From: an uncultured bacterium
GTDB taxonomy: Bacteria > Patescibacteriota > JAHJAL01
Direction of reading: 5' to 3'
NCBI GenBank assembly: GCA_938004065.1
Contig: CALKWM010000038.1
Span: 66,466-130,465 of the forward strand
DNA length: 64,000 nt
Part shown: one piece after another, positions 19,768 to 31,000 of the stretch
Layout: every line of letters begins with the position of its first letter
How positions within the stretch are numbered: the first letter of the stretch is position 1
The notes under the pieces: model-generated
What the model saw: only the letters and a program-made list of their open reading frames with translations
What the model was told of the DNA's origin: nothing
Databases searched by the model: none
Position numbers and translations under genes: made by a program

Positions 19768-22700
19768 TTAATACTTGGCGGTACAAACATAAAGAACAGT
19801 GTGAGAATAGCTGCCGGATGGTTGTCCGGAAGTTACTTGCAGTCGATAGGTCATGGTGGTGGTATCGTTCATGACGAGATTGTTGGAGTACGCAATTTCT
19901 GATGGAGTCGTGGTAATGGCGGCCCAACGGTCGGCGCTAGCAAAACGGCTGGTGGTGCCGGTGCCAAGCGTTGAGTCAGAAGTGTGATAACCATAAAAGC
20001 CGGTTCCGGAAGGAGAGGTCCAAGCCAGTGGAGCGGAGTTGGTACCGGTGAAGTCGGGCACACTGCCGGCAGTTCCGGACAAATCATGTTCTTCGCGCAT
20101 GGTAACCGTATAGCCATGATAGGCATTGGTACTGACTTTGAGGATATGGCTTTGGTTGTAAACAGTATTAACTTCGAGATCACCAAAATCAAGCTGAGTT
20201 ATGTCGGTAGAATCAGTGATGTCACGGATGGAAAATTCCAGTGCCGATTCGACATTGATATTGAAGGCCAGACCGCTGTTGATCAGAACATTGGTGGCCA
20301 AGCGATGAGTGGGGAAACCACCACCGGCTTGCCCGTCATGAAGAGTCAGAATTATCCGATATGAACCCTCGCTTGAGGGGTTGTTGATGAGATTGTTGTT
20401 GTTACCAATAGTTAAAGTAATTAGGCCGTCGGTGTGATCTAGTGTACCGGTGAACGGGAAAACTATGGAGGAGGTGTCGATGATTTCCGAGCCGGACCAA
20501 CCAACATCACCGCCGGAGGCAACCACATCGGAAGCAGAAATAGAAAGGTCAAATTCCGGTGGAAAAGTAACCTTGATGCTGTCGTCAATGTATTGACCGG
20601 CGTATTGATCGATAACAAATTTGATGGTGTGTTTGGCATCGGCATCGGGAGTGTAATCGGTGAGTGTGTCTTCGATGACGGTAATAGTAAAATTACGGTC
20701 GGAAATATCTTCGATCAGTGTGTTGCCACCGGAATCTTTCATGGAGATTTTTAGGCGGGCTTCGGTGGTACTGACGGCAGGAATTGTCCAAGTGTAGGAT
20801 CCCGTTGAGCCGGTGCATCCCGGGCCGGCACCTGAGCCGTCGCACTTGATATTGGCGACGATGGTTTGATCAAATTCCGAGCCGGAATCAGTGGAGAGCA
20901 AAATATCCAGATGATTGCCGTTGGTAGTGCCGTTATTGAATGTCCAATTGATGGTGCGGGAAGAAGCGGCAAAATATGATTCTCCCCCATTGGGTGAACT
21001 TATTACTGAACTGTTGGTGTCAAATAGTATCTCGCCACCAGCGGTACGGTCAAATTTACAGTTGCCGGCCGAGCTATCAAAGTAGCACATATAACCGGCC
21101 AGGTTTTCGAAAGCATTCTGTCTGGCATCAACGGTATTTTCAGCATTAGCGTCACGAATCGTTGTCCCTGATGGATTGTCAATATAAAAGCCGGTATTAG
21201 TATTATCAATATCATTGTGACGCAGGGTCAGACCAGGGCCGGTGTTGTTGTCGGTGTCGGGCAGGCCGTCAATGTAAACCGCGGCAATGGTGGTATTGGA
21301 GAACGAATTATATTGGATCGGATTGGTGATAATTGAACCGTTGGCTTCTACATAGATACCATACGGACTGTCGCCGAGATTATTTCTCTGAATGTCCGGA
21401 CTGGCATCATAGACAAAGATATCGGCGTTCGCGGAATTGTTAAACACATTATTGTAGGCGGCAATATTGACACCTTTAGTATTGAGCTGACCGCGGAAAA
21501 TAGTGCCATCGAGGATAATCGTTTCGCCACCATAATTGAAATTACAGAATTTGAATGAACCGGCGGCGTCGGGAGAAATTACATATACACCATTCCAGTC
21601 GCCGGCGGCGGGCGCGCCATCACTGCCTTCAACAGTTAAGCCAATAGTGTCATCATCCATGGAGGTAAAATAAATCGGATTGCCGCTTTCACCTTCGGCC
21701 ACAACAGTCGAACCATCGGTAACAATATAAGCGCTGTGGGCAAACTTGACCACCGTTCCCGGCTCGATCAATAAAGTGCTACCCGGAATGATAGTGGTAG
21801 GACCGGACACATAGATGGTTGATCCACTGGTCCAGGTGCCGCTGCCGATTTCACCGGCCACTTCTTCGTATGACGGTCGATAGTAACCGGCTTGCGGTTC
21901 TGGCTCGCTGGCTTTGCGGTGTTCATAAAGTCCGAGAACTTGTGAAGCGTTAAGTTTGGTCGTATACAGTTTCACTTCATCCATATAACCTTCATAAAAA
22001 TTACCACAGGTTTCAGTGCCTATGAAGGTCATCTGTGTAGTTCTTAAATACATCAAAGCATTGAGGGCGCTGCGGTCGACAAACTGACCGTTTTTATAAA
22101 AGTTAACATAAACGCCGTCATAGACTACAGCAACATGTGTCCAGATATTGGGTTCGATCGTGGCGGTGGAAGTGTAGGAGGCCGACCCATAGGCGCCATT
22201 ACTGGTCTGGAAGTATAATTTGTTACTGTCATTGATATAGAAATGCCAGTTGGGATTGCTGCCGCAAGCGGCGTCACGCTGGGCCATAATTGGCATCCAT
22301 TGGTTACTCACCGTCGGTTTGATCCAGGCGGACACTACCAGATGATTGCCGGCCTGGTACATCGATGAACCGTTACCGACATTAATGTAGTCGTCTGTAC
22401 CATCGAAATACAGATGATCACCGGTCGAGAATTCAAGATCGGGGCGACTGTCCCATTGGGCACCTTCATCCGCCTGCCAGGCCGGCGCGCCGTTGAATAC
22501 GCCATTATTACCATACCCGCTGTCATCACAAGCATCATCACCATCACTGCAGGTGTTGTCCGCCCCTTCGTCAAAATGCCAGGAGCCGGCCAGACCGTCA
22601 AAACCGGAATTTTTAGTAAAAGTATTATCAAAATTTTCGTAGGCACCGGCGGCCGGATTGCCATAGTACATATAGATAGTCTTGTTGTTGTTAGCTGGTA

Positions 22701-25700
22701 TGGAAGGTATTTTTACGTAAATGCGGGTGTTATTGGTATTTACTCCAGAAATTATGTAATAAGGCATCAGAGTGGTACCGTCAGAGTCGGCGAAGCGAAT
22801 ATCGTCACCATCGGCCTGCATCTGACTTTGATCAATATATATTTTGGTATCAATATTTGATTGCACTTGATAATCGGTCAGAGTGTTAATATTGCCTTCA
22901 TTGATAATCGTCAGTTCGGTGCGATGTGCCCAATCGTCATCAAACCAGTTTTCCTGACCGGTTTCGTCATCGGTGCCGGTGCGAACACCGCCGATGATTG
23001 TCTGCGGGTTGGCGGAGTCATACAAACGGTGTTCATAGTGAGCCAGAATTTCACCGGCTGATAAGGCCCGGGAATATACCCGAACGTCATCATAGTATCC
23101 ATAAGTTGGTCTATCAGTGCTACCGTCAGCGTTATTGCCGATAGCCAAAGCATGATCGTTAACGTTGATATTTCCAGTGGAGCTACTGATTCCTTCCATC
23201 TGGCCATTTAAATACATTTTTATATCAGTTCCGTCATAAGTGCCAACAAGGTGATACCAGCGATTAACAACCAGAGTGGTAGTGGCGGTGGCGGTGGTAC
23301 TACTGGGACCATTGACATAAAAATAAGGTTTTTTGCTATCATTCAGAACTATTGCATACAGATTTGCGCCTTCTTGTCCTTTGGCCAGCATTCTGGTCCA
23401 ATTGACAACATTCCATGGTTTGTACCACATTTCCACGGTGGCGCCGGTAGTCAGGTCCAGTTCGGGAGCATCGGCGATAGTGATCCGCGAATTGCTATCG
23501 GCGGTACCATTATTGTAAATATGTTTGCCGTCAGCAAATTTTATATCTGACCGGCCGTCCCATTGTCCGCCTTCGCTATCGCGCCATATTGCATATCCTT
23601 GTCTAGTGCCATCATTTCCCTGTCCGGAGGAATCAGCCACGGTTGAGCCACTGCCCTCGTTCATCAGCCACTGGCCGGACAAACCGGATTCGTGGCTGTA
23701 ATCGCGAATAAACACATTGTCATAGTTTGACTCACTGGTGGCGGAGGAATTACCGTATTCCATTAAAAACTCACTGGTACCGCTGTCGGGTATTTCCACC
23801 CAGATTTCGGAAGTGCCGGCCGTGTTCCAGGTCTCAATCCAGTAGTCAAATTTGGTTTCACCCAGCACATCAAAGAAACGGATATCTTCGCCGTTGTCCT
23901 GAGCGTTGGCGTAGTCAAAATTACCCGGATGGAGTTCGATTTTCACCTGATAGTTGTTCATCGAAGTGGCTGGTGATATGGTAATTTCACGATAGTACAT
24001 CCAGCCGGATTCAACCGGTGCTTCGGATGTTATTTCATAATCAACCTGCAGAGAGGATTGCTGTTTATTGCCGTGAGTGTCAATACAGCGGATATAGGCG
24101 GTGTGAGCGGAAACACCGGTCAAGGTGAGATTGCAAGTATTGCCGGCAACTCCGCAGGAGTTGGGCATAGTGTCATAGTCGTGTCCGACATTGGTGGACC
24201 AGCGGCACACATCACTGTCAGCCGAAGCGTCAAAGACGACAAATGTTGAAGCATTGTTGGAGGCATCTTCGTATGGAGGAGTAGTGTCACCGGCGACGGA
24301 AGTGATGGAATTTATCACGGGATAGACGGTGTCGACATGCGAATTGAAAGAAAAAATTTCGCTGTCATTGGAACTGTCGGAAACATATGTATAAATTGTT
24401 TTATCGCCGTCCGGTGTATAACCGGTCCAGCCGGTAACATTAACCTCATCTTGTAAAGTTGCTCCTGAAACTGGTGTGGTCGTCTGATCAACTTCGTGCC
24501 AGTCGGACTGGTCAAATGAAGCATAACAGGTAGCGGTACCGGCCTGGGGTTTGGTTACGCCGTTGCACTGAATATTGTAAGCGGTTTTGTTGTAGTTATT
24601 GATAAAACTCATTGAACTTTGGGCACCTGTCATTGTGATGCCGCCGATGGCGTAGTCGAGTTGGTAGTTATTAACTTGATCGGTATAATTACCGGCGGTG
24701 TCGGCACAAGCCAAATAAACCGTTTTGGCACCGTAACCGGACAGATCAAGGGTACAGTTGGTAGTCGAGGTGCAGGTGTCGGTCATGGCGGTGTAAGTGA
24801 TATCGGATTCATCCCATTTACAGGTGGCGGCATCGGCGGAAGCGGTGTAAACCACCAGCGTCGAGCTGTCGTCAGTCACGTCATAGTACGGTGAATTGGG
24901 GTCGCCGGCCACGGAAGTGATGGTGGTGACTGCCGGTGGAGTAGTGTCTTTTGTAACACTGAAGTTATGCGTTGATGTCGGATTACCGTCCACCACCGCT
25001 CGTACATAAATAGTAACACTACCCTCACCGGCCGGGTAACCCGTCCAGTTCGTCACATCGGGTGTGCCCTGGATGGTGGCGTCGGAGAGCGGACTGGACG
25101 CCGAACCAATTGTGTTCCAGTTGGTCTGATCCCATGAGCCCTCACAGTAAACCGTTTTGCCGGTCTGGGCGATGGTCACGCCGTTACATTGGACATTGAA
25201 AGCGTTTTTGTTGCCGTTGTAGAGATAACTTTGGGAAGTTGAACCGCCGGTCATAATCAGTGGATAACTGTAATCAAGCGTAACTGAGGAAACTGACGGG
25301 GTTGGATCAGTATCGGTGGTGGTTTCAATAATTCGATATTGAAAATATTGATTAGGCGTAGAAGTGATGGTCGAGCCGGTTGGATTTGTTAAATAATCAC
25401 TGACCATATTCAAGTCATCAATCCAGAATGTACGGCCCTGATTGCCGTCCAGAACGCGCCAGGTAATGTTATCCACAGCGTTAATATGAGCGTCAAAAGA
25501 GTCAGAAATATCAATATATTCTTTTTGCCATTTGAAAACATCAGCATTGACAGTATAGCCACCGGACGGAAATGTACTACCCGAGTCCCAGGAAGCAACC
25601 ATCACTGCGCCGGTGGAAATATTGACGCTGGTCACCGTGCCCTGAGCGATGTATTCGGTGCCGTCATAGTTTTCCCGGACGATAATTTTATCCCCGACAT

Positions 25701-28700
25701 ATAATCCGGTACCTTTGTTGGGTAAACCTTCAGAGGTAGCATCGACGGTGAAGGAGGTGTCGCCGGATCCCGAAATGGTATTGCCACTGTCTAGACTGGC
25801 CGCAAAATCAAAAGTGATGGAATGAGTGCGCAAACCAATTTCATATGCCTGGCGGATTTCATCGGCGGTACGGACGACTTTGTCCAGTCTGACTTCATCC
25901 AGCCGACCGTTGAAATAATATGTGCCGGTATTGCCGTTGCCGATCCGTAGTGGCGAGGTGGTGTCGTGCATGGCCACATAAGTGCCGGCATTGTCGACAT
26001 CAGTTGAACTGTCCACTCGTTGGCCATCAATGTATACTGACAAGCCATTGCTCGATCCCGATCCGTCATAGTTGGCAACCACATAGTGCCAACTGCCGGA
26101 AGATAACAACACATTGGCATTGGGAACTCTTTTACTAATTCTATTAGCTCCATCATTGTCATACATGGACCAGTAGAGATAGTTGTCGCTCCATGGTACC
26201 AGCTGCCACTCCCGTACCGAGGCACCGGTATCTTTGCTTATGATTGGGTCGTTGTTGTTGCCATTACGATAAATCCAGGCAGAAACGCTGAAAGCGGTAT
26301 CGGTTGTACCATTCCCAAAACTGTTATTGGCGTCGTCGGGAATATTGACATAATCACTGGATCCATTAAATGATCTACCTTGCCCGATTTTTCCTTGAAT
26401 AAAAGTTGTTCCCGTCGGTGTACCATGCTGGGCATAAGATGAACTGTCTTTGATATAAGCACCCGAGCCGGTTTGTTCCTCCAGATGCCACAAACCAAGA
26501 GTGTTGGCGTCGGGTACATTGTTGGCGAATTCGGATTCGCCGAAGGTCACTTCCAGATGCGTACCGGGCTGGTCGGAAGCGATCGAAACCGGCACCAGCG
26601 ATTTATCAGATAAATCAATGGCACTAGTTAATGAATTATGAAAACGATGATCGCGACCGAGGCGATAGGCCTCAGCGATTTCGTCTGAGGTGCGAGCGAC
26701 ATTGTCGATTTTTACTTCGTCAATTAGGCCATCATGAAAGCGTCCTTTGGTATTGTCAGAAGGTTTATTTTCGGCGCCGATTGTCAGAACGGATGAGTTA
26801 TTCCATCGTGAAGTGGCGGGTGAGGTATCAGATCCAATCTGGACACCATCCAGATAGAGATAAGCAGTTGTCAGATTATTGGTAGCAACTAAATAATGCC
26901 AGTTGTTATCAATAATTGTGGCAGTCGAATTGATCATAGTAGCCCAGCTACTACCATCACTTGATTCGAGGAAATAGATCGTATTTGCGGAATCTATAAC
27001 TAACGTATATGGTGAATATTCTCCGTTGCCCCCCTTTGATATCAAACCACTGATCGCTCCCACCACATCTCGCTTAAACCATATTTCAACCGTAATTGGA
27101 CTACTCGTCATATCAAGAGTACTTGAATCGGCTGCTGAAATATAATCGCTTGAACCATTAAAATTTCTAGCTTTTTGTGATAGGCCATTAGTAACGGTAG
27201 TACCAGTCGGAGTGCCGTGATTGCCATTGCCGGAACTGTCTTTCAAATACGCTCCACTACCGCCGGTTTCGTCCAAATGCCAGAGGCCGACGGTGACTGA
27301 ATCGGACATCTGATAGCCAGTCGTAAATTTTTCGCTGCCGGTACCTTCCAGTTTAATATTAGTCACCGTCTCGTTTTTGCATGGTAATGGTGCCATGGAG
27401 GCGTGGTAGATCCGAAAGGCCGCCCCATCTTCGCCGGCGTACCACATTTTATAGATTCCATTTTCATATATAACCCGCGGCAATAAAGCATGATCATCAT
27501 CCCCAGATCCGGCCAGACCTTGTGGAATTTGGCCGTTGTAAGCAATGGTGCTACTGTCAGCCGGTATAGTATTGTTTATTTTTTTCCAGGTCAAGCCATC
27601 GGGACTAACAGCGTAATATGAACGCCAATAAGTGCCATCCTGACCGGAATACCAGGCGCGATAATAACCGCCCTCTTTGATCACTGTTCCCATGTAGAGA
27701 TAAGCATCATCACCAGTACCACTAGTACCGGTGGGAATGCGACCATCGGTCGAGATCGAATCGGAGTCAGCCGGCAGAGCGTTATTATATTTGGTCCAGG
27801 TCAAACCGTCCGAGCTGGTTGCCAGGAAGATATGCCGGTCAGCACCATCGTCGCCGGTGTAGTACATTTTGTAAGTCGAGCCGTCTTTGAAAACATAAGG
27901 GGCATAAATATTATTGTCATCTCCGGTGCCGCTGGTACCCAATCCGAGCCGACCGTCACCATAGGGGCAGGCCGAGCCGCTGTCACAAGTGGTGGGAATG
28001 GTAATATTGGCTTTAGTCCAGGTCAGACCGTCGGAACTTGTGGCGTAGTAAATACGGTATTTAGAACCGTCAGAACCGCCATACCACATTTTGTAGGTCG
28101 AACCATCTTTAATGACAGTACTGTAAGCAATACTGGCATCATCACCAGTGCCGGCTGTAGCACTGATAGGTAGACGACCATTGGTGCCGGTGGTGTCAGA
28201 TGGCGATTCAATATTATTGTCATTTTTTGTCCAGGTTAAACCGTCGGAGCTATAGGCGTAATATATCCGACCGACAGCGCCGTCATATCCGTAATAATAC
28301 ATTTTATAAGTCGAACCGTCTTTGAAGACATTGCCACTGTAAATATTGGCGTCATCACCACGACCAGTAGAACCTAGACCCATCCGACCGTCTGTGTAAC
28401 TACAAGACGATCCACTGTCACAAGTTGTTGAGGCGGTGGCGTTATTTTTCTTGACCCAGTTTTGGTTGGTGTTGGCATTGGACCAGGCGTTCTCGAAGAC
28501 GTGCAGATTGGCTTCATTATTATCAAAATTATCAATCTGGGTTTCGACTCCACCGCCCGATGGTTTCCAAGCTTCCCAGCTACCATCGTCGGGGCTGGAA
28601 TCCGCACCGGTACGGGTTTGCAGTTGGACATTACCTATCTGGTACAAAGAATTAATTTCATTGATATCCAGGACGCGGTTATACACTTTGGTGGAATCAA

Positions 28701-30987
28701 TCGTGCCGTCGAAATAACGGGAAAGTGTTTGTTGAAAACCGATATTAAAATATTGCCAGGTGGGAGTACCAGCAACGGAACTAACGGTTTGTAATAGTTT
28801 GCCATTTTTGTATAGATGAACTTGATCGTTGGTATCGTCAAACACTCCGACTAAAAATTGCCACTGCCCAAAATCCTGGCGGGGATTATAATTATATTCA
28901 TTAGTATAATTGCCGCTGGGCGTGCCGATGGCGATTTCATATTGATTCTGATTACAGTCCAAGTTCATATTGAAATAATTGGGACTGTAGTATTGGAAAA
29001 TATGCGGCCAGCTGGTGTTACCACAGGAATCAGCTTTAAACCAGGTCGCCACGGTCAAATTGCCGGTAAAGCTGTAGGTTGATGAACTATTATTAATATA
29101 AGTGGCGGTATCACCTGGCAACATCACTGCACCAGCGCCCCATTTCTTGTTGGCGGCGGTCCAGCCTTCACCGGGGTCAACGTCTTGCCCGGAAGTGTTG
29201 GCAAATCCGGTTAAAGTGGCGTTGCATTGGGAGCCACAAGATCCCGCAAAATTACTGGCGGTTGTACCAGAGGTTTCGTTCAAGTTCCAGCTGGCGACCA
29301 GACCATTTGTAGTCAGATCAGTTTCACCGTCGCCGGTTGCAACGCCGTGCTCGGTCCAGCTAAGAGAATTAAGTATAGGACTAGTAGTGCCAGTGTCAAT
29401 TACTTCCGAGGTGTAAACGCCATAAGGTTTGAGTTGAGCATGAGCGATAATTTCTTCTTCTGTCAGCGCCTTCTGATATATTGCTACTTCATCTAATTTT
29501 CCATTCCAGATGTAAGATGAGCCGCCACCGCCGGCGCCCATACCAATGTAGAGTGGATCACTAACGTGATTAATAGTTGAAGAAATATAGTCAACAGAAC
29601 TCACCAATTTACCATTAATGAACAATTTAATCACATTTCCATCATAAGTACCAACTATGTGCGACCATTTATTTAGTTCCAGCGTACCGCTAGCTTTATA
29701 AGAAGAGTAGTTATTAATATAAAAATGTATATCATTGCCACCTGAAAGGCTATATAATCCATAACCGTTAGTCCATGTCCATGACGATTTCATGAGTATT
29801 ACATCGTAGGAGTCTATACTAGTTGGATTTACCCAGGCTTCCACCGAAATTTGTTGGGACGGTTTCAAACTGGCGTGATCGGCGACTGTAATATAATCAT
29901 TATTGTCAGCATATCCGCGGGCATTACCAATTTTGCCGGTTTCGTTGGTTGTATTGGTAGCTGTGCCGGTGTTGCCGTTGCCGGAACTGTCGACGATGCT
30001 TGAACCTGTCTCTTCCATGTGCCACAAGCCGGCGGTTTGCATGTCGGATCCATTGGCAGTATAAGTTAGCTGCACTTTCGGATCGCTAGTCACTTCCACC
30101 CGATTTAAAGCCGTTCCGTTGTTAAACTCGCCCTGGGTGTCATGGACAATGGTCGGATCGATAATCACTGGATATTGGCGATCGGTACTGAATAACCATT
30201 CTTGATCAACGGTCACGGTCAACAGATAAATATTGTTATTTAGTAATTCATATTTTGCATTAATATTACTTGTCATTGCTCCGATGGAATCATAAGCAGT
30301 CATGGGCAGGAAGTGGGCGAAATAATTACCATCCCGATCGGTGAAATATATAGTATCGACCGGCAGGTTCCAGCTGTTGCCACTGACGGCTTTATTTATC
30401 AAAACATTATTATCGGTTTTTAATTGATATCGATAAACACTGGACACATCTTTATCCCCGTTTATCACTAGCTCTTCTTTTAAGCCATTGGCTAGGGGCG
30501 AGTATTTTACAATGATGTTGTTTGCCCTGTCATCGATTGAAAGAATTTGCCCATCGACAGTTGAATTGTTTGATTGATTGAATTTACTGATTGCTCTCCC
30601 CCACCATGATGGTTCAAGAGCGGTAACAGATGCTGTCAAATCAGTATTGTTGTTGTCAATGAGACCAAATTGCACACCCAATTTGTTATCAAAACCGGCT
30701 AGTTTGGTTAAACTTGAAAGCCAGTTGCCTGCTTTGACCGGCTCGGCTTGAAATTTGACGATTGATTCATGATCCAACGCTTTGTCGCCAATTTCCACGG
30801 CAAATTCCGGACCGGAATGTTCAAAATAGCTGTCATCCAACCAGCCGGCGGAGCGGATTTGGCCGGATATTTCGGGTAACGGATAGAGTAACTCATTGGC
30901 CATGACCGAATTGGATAGCATAAGAAGTCCTGCCATTGCTATGACAACGTTTTTGATAATTTTTTGGATTGTTTGAACTTGATTCAT
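19768..30987 (-). CDS. Giant surface protein (3739 aa): signal peptide, KE...YPVIIDPT module, LamG domains, GH43/32-like 5-blade propeller, DUF2341 domains, beta-helix, C-terminal WxL/pilin-like domain
   Basis: LamG motifs; YKMWY/RIYYATSSDGLTW blades; DUF2341 signature DIRF....YWIE.W....IWV.IP....MYYGN twice; C-terminus VSTNAYHGY...FYGYHTSD...QPSGSYSHTVLYVCTAKY. Confidence 0.9.
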   Translation of the reverse strand: MNQVQTIQKIIKNVVIAMAGLLMLSNSVMANELLYPLPEISGQIRSAGWLDDSYFEHSGPEFAVEIGDKALDHESIVKFQAEPVKAGNWLSSLTKLAGFDNKLGVQFGLIDNNNTDLTASVTALEPSWWGRAISKFNQSNNSTVDGQILSIDDRANNIIVKYSPLANGLKEELVINGDKDVSSVYRYQLKTDNNVLINKAVSGNSWNLPVDTIYFTDRDGNYFAHFLPMTAYDSIGAMTSNINAKYELLNNNIYLLTVTVDQEWLFSTDRQYPVIIDPTIVHDTQGEFNNGTALNRVEVTSDPKVQLTYTANGSDMQTAGLWHMEETGSSIVDSSGNGNTGTATNTTNETGKIGNARGYADNNDYITVADHASLKPSQQISVEAWVNPTSIDSYDVILMKSSWTWTNGYGLYSLSGGNDIHFYINNYSSYKASGTLELNKWSHIVGTYDGNVIKLFINGKLVSSVDYISSTINHVSDPLYIGMGAGGGGSSYIWNGKLDEVAIYQKALTEEEIIAHAQLKPYGVYTSEVIDTGTTSPILNSLSWTEHGVATGDGETDLTTNGLVASWNLNETSGTTASNFAGSCGSQCNATLTGFANTSGQDVDPGEGWTAANKKWGAGAVMLPGDTATYINNSSSTYSFTGNLTVATWFKADSCGNTSWPHIFQYYSPNYFNMNLDCNQNQYEIAIGTPSGNYTNEYNYNPRQDFGQWQFLVGVFDDTNDQVHLYKNGKLLQTVSSVAGTPTWQYFNIGFQQTLSRYFDGTIDSTKVYNRVLDINEINSLYQIGNVQLQTRTGADSSPDDGSWEAWKPSGGGVETQIDNFDNNEANLHVFENAWSNANTNQNWVKKNNATASTTCDSGSSCSYTDGRMGLGSTGRGDDANIYSGNVFKDGSTYKMYYYGYDGAVGRIYYAYSSDGLTWTKNDNNIESPSDTTGTNGRLPISATAGTGDDASIAYSTVIKDGSTYKMWYGGSDGSKYRIYYATSSDGLTWTKANITIPTTCDSGSACPYGDGRLGLGTSGTGDDNNIYAPYVFKDGSTYKMYYTGDDGADRHIFLATSSDGLTWTKYNNALPADSDSISTDGRIPTGTSGTGDDAYLYMGTVIKEGGYYRAWYSGQDGTYWRSYYAVSPDGLTWKKINNTIPADSSTIAYNGQIPQGLAGSGDDDHALLPRVIYENGIYKMWYAGEDGAAFRIYHASMAPLPCKNETVTNIKLEGTGSEKFTTGYQMSDSVTVGLWHLDETGGSGAYLKDSSGNGNHGTPTGTTVTNGLSQKARNFNGSSDYISAADSSTLDMTSSPITVEIWFKRDVVGAISGLISKGGNGEYSPYTLVIDSANTIYFLESSDGSSWATMINSTATIIDNNWHYLVATNNLTTAYLYLDGVQIGSDTSPATSRWNNSSVLTIGAENKPSDNTKGRFHDGLIDEVKIDNVARTSDEIAEAYRLGRDHRFHNSLTSAIDLSDKSLVPVSIASDQPGTHLEVTFGESEFANNVPDANTLGLWHLEEQTGSGAYIKDSSSYAQHGTPTGTTFIQGKIGQGRSFNGSSDYVNIPDDANNSFGNGTTDTAFSVSAWIYRNGNNNDPIISKDTGASVREWQLVPWSDNYLYWSMYDNDGANRISKRVPNANVLLSSGSWHYVVANYDGSGSSNGLSVYIDGQRVDSSTDVDNAGTYVAMHDTTSPLRIGNGNTGTYYFNGRLDEVRLDKVVRTADEIRQAYEIGLRTHSITFDFAASLDSGNTISGSGDTSFTVDATSEGLPNKGTGLYVGDKIIVRENYDGTEYIAQGTVTSVNISTGAVMVASWDSGSTFPSGGYTVNADVFKWQKEYIDISDSFDAHINAVDNITWRVLDGNQGRTFWIDDLNMVSDYLTNPTGSTITSTPNQYFQYRIIETTTDTDPTPSVSSVTLDYSYPLIMTGGSTSQSYLYNGNKNAFNVQCNGVTIAQTGKTVYCEGSWDQTNWNTIGSASSPLSDATIQGTPDVTNWTGYPAGEGSVTIYVRAVVDGNPTSTHNFSVTKDTTPPAVTTITSVAGDPNSPYYDVTDDSSTLVVYTASADAATCKWDESDITYTAMTDTCTSTTNCTLDLSGYGAKTVYLACADTAGNYTDQVNNYQLDYAIGGITMTGAQSSMSFINNYNKTAYNIQCNGVTKPQAGTATCYASFDQSDWHEVDQTTTPVSGATLQDEVNVTGWTGYTPDGDKTIYTYVSDSSNDSEIFSFNSHVDTVYPVINSITSVAGDTTPPYEDASNNASTFVVFDASADSDVCRWSTNVGHDYDTMPNSCGVAGNTCNLTLTGVSAHTAYIRCIDTHGNKQQSSLQVDYEITSEAPVESGWMYYREITISPATSMNNYQVKIELHPGNFDYANAQDNGEDIRFFDVLGETKFDYWIETWNTAGTSEIWVEIPDSGTSEFLMEYGNSSATSESNYDNVFIRDYSHESGLSGQWLMNEGSGSTVADSSGQGNDGTRQGYAIWRDSEGGQWDGRSDIKFADGKHIYNNGTADSNSRITIADAPELDLTTGATVEMWYKPWNVVNWTRMLAKGQEGANLYAIVLNDSKKPYFYVNGPSSTTATATTTLVVNRWYHLVGTYDGTDIKMYLNGQMEGISSSTGNINVNDHALAIGNNADGSTDRPTYGYYDDVRVYSRALSAGEILAHYEHRLYDSANPQTIIGGVRTGTDDETGQENWFDDDWAHRTELTIINEGNINTLTDYQVQSNIDTKIYIDQSQMQADGDDIRFADSDGTTLMPYYIISGVNTNNTRIYVKIPSIPANNNKTIYMYYGNPAAGAYENFDNTFTKNSGFDGLAGSWHFDEGADNTCSDGDDACDDSGYGNNGVFNGAPAWQADEGAQWDSRPDLEFSTGDHLYFDGTDDYINVGNGSSMYQAGNHLVVSAWIKPTVSNQWMPIMAQRDAACGSNPNWHFYINDSNKLYFQTSNGAYGSASYTSTATIEPNIWTHVAVVYDGVYVNFYKNGQFVDRSALNALMYLRTTQMTFIGTETCGNFYEGYMDEVKLYTTKLNASQVLGLYEHRKASEPEPQAGYYRPSYEEVAGEIGSGTWTSGSTIYVSGPTTIIPGSTLLIEPGTVVKFAHSAYIVTDGSTVVAEGESGNPIYFTSMDDDTIGLTVEGSDGAPAAGDWNGVYVISPDAAGSFKFCNFNYGGETIILDGTIFRGQLNTKGVNIAAYNNVFNNSANADIFVYDASPDIQRNNLGDSPYGIYVEANGSIITNPIQYNSFSNTTIAAVYIDGLPDTDNNTGPGLTLRHNDIDNTNTGFYIDNPSGTTIRDANAENTVDARQNAFENLAGYMCYFDSSAGNCKFDRTAGGEILFDTNSSVISSPNGGESYFAASSRTINWTFNNGTTNGNHLDILLSTDSGSEFDQTIVANIKCDGSGAGPGCTGSTGSYTWTIPAVSTTEARLKISMKDSGGNTLIEDISDRNFTITVIEDTLTDYTPDADAKHTIKFVIDQYAGQYIDDSIKVTFPPEFDLSISASDVVASGGDVGWSGSEIIDTSSIVFPFTGTLDHTDGLITLTIGNNNNLINNPSSEGSYRIILTLHDGQAGGGFPTHRLATNVLINSGLAFNINVESALEFSIRDITDSTDITQLDFGDLEVNTVYNQSHILKVSTNAYHGYTVTMREEHDLSGTAGSVPDFTGTNSAPLAWTSPSGTGFYGYHTSDSTLGTGTTSRFASADRWAAITTTPSEIAYSNNLVMNDTTTMTYRLQVTSGQPSGSYSHTVLYVCTAKY

Positions 30988-31000
30988 ATATTTATTTTTT

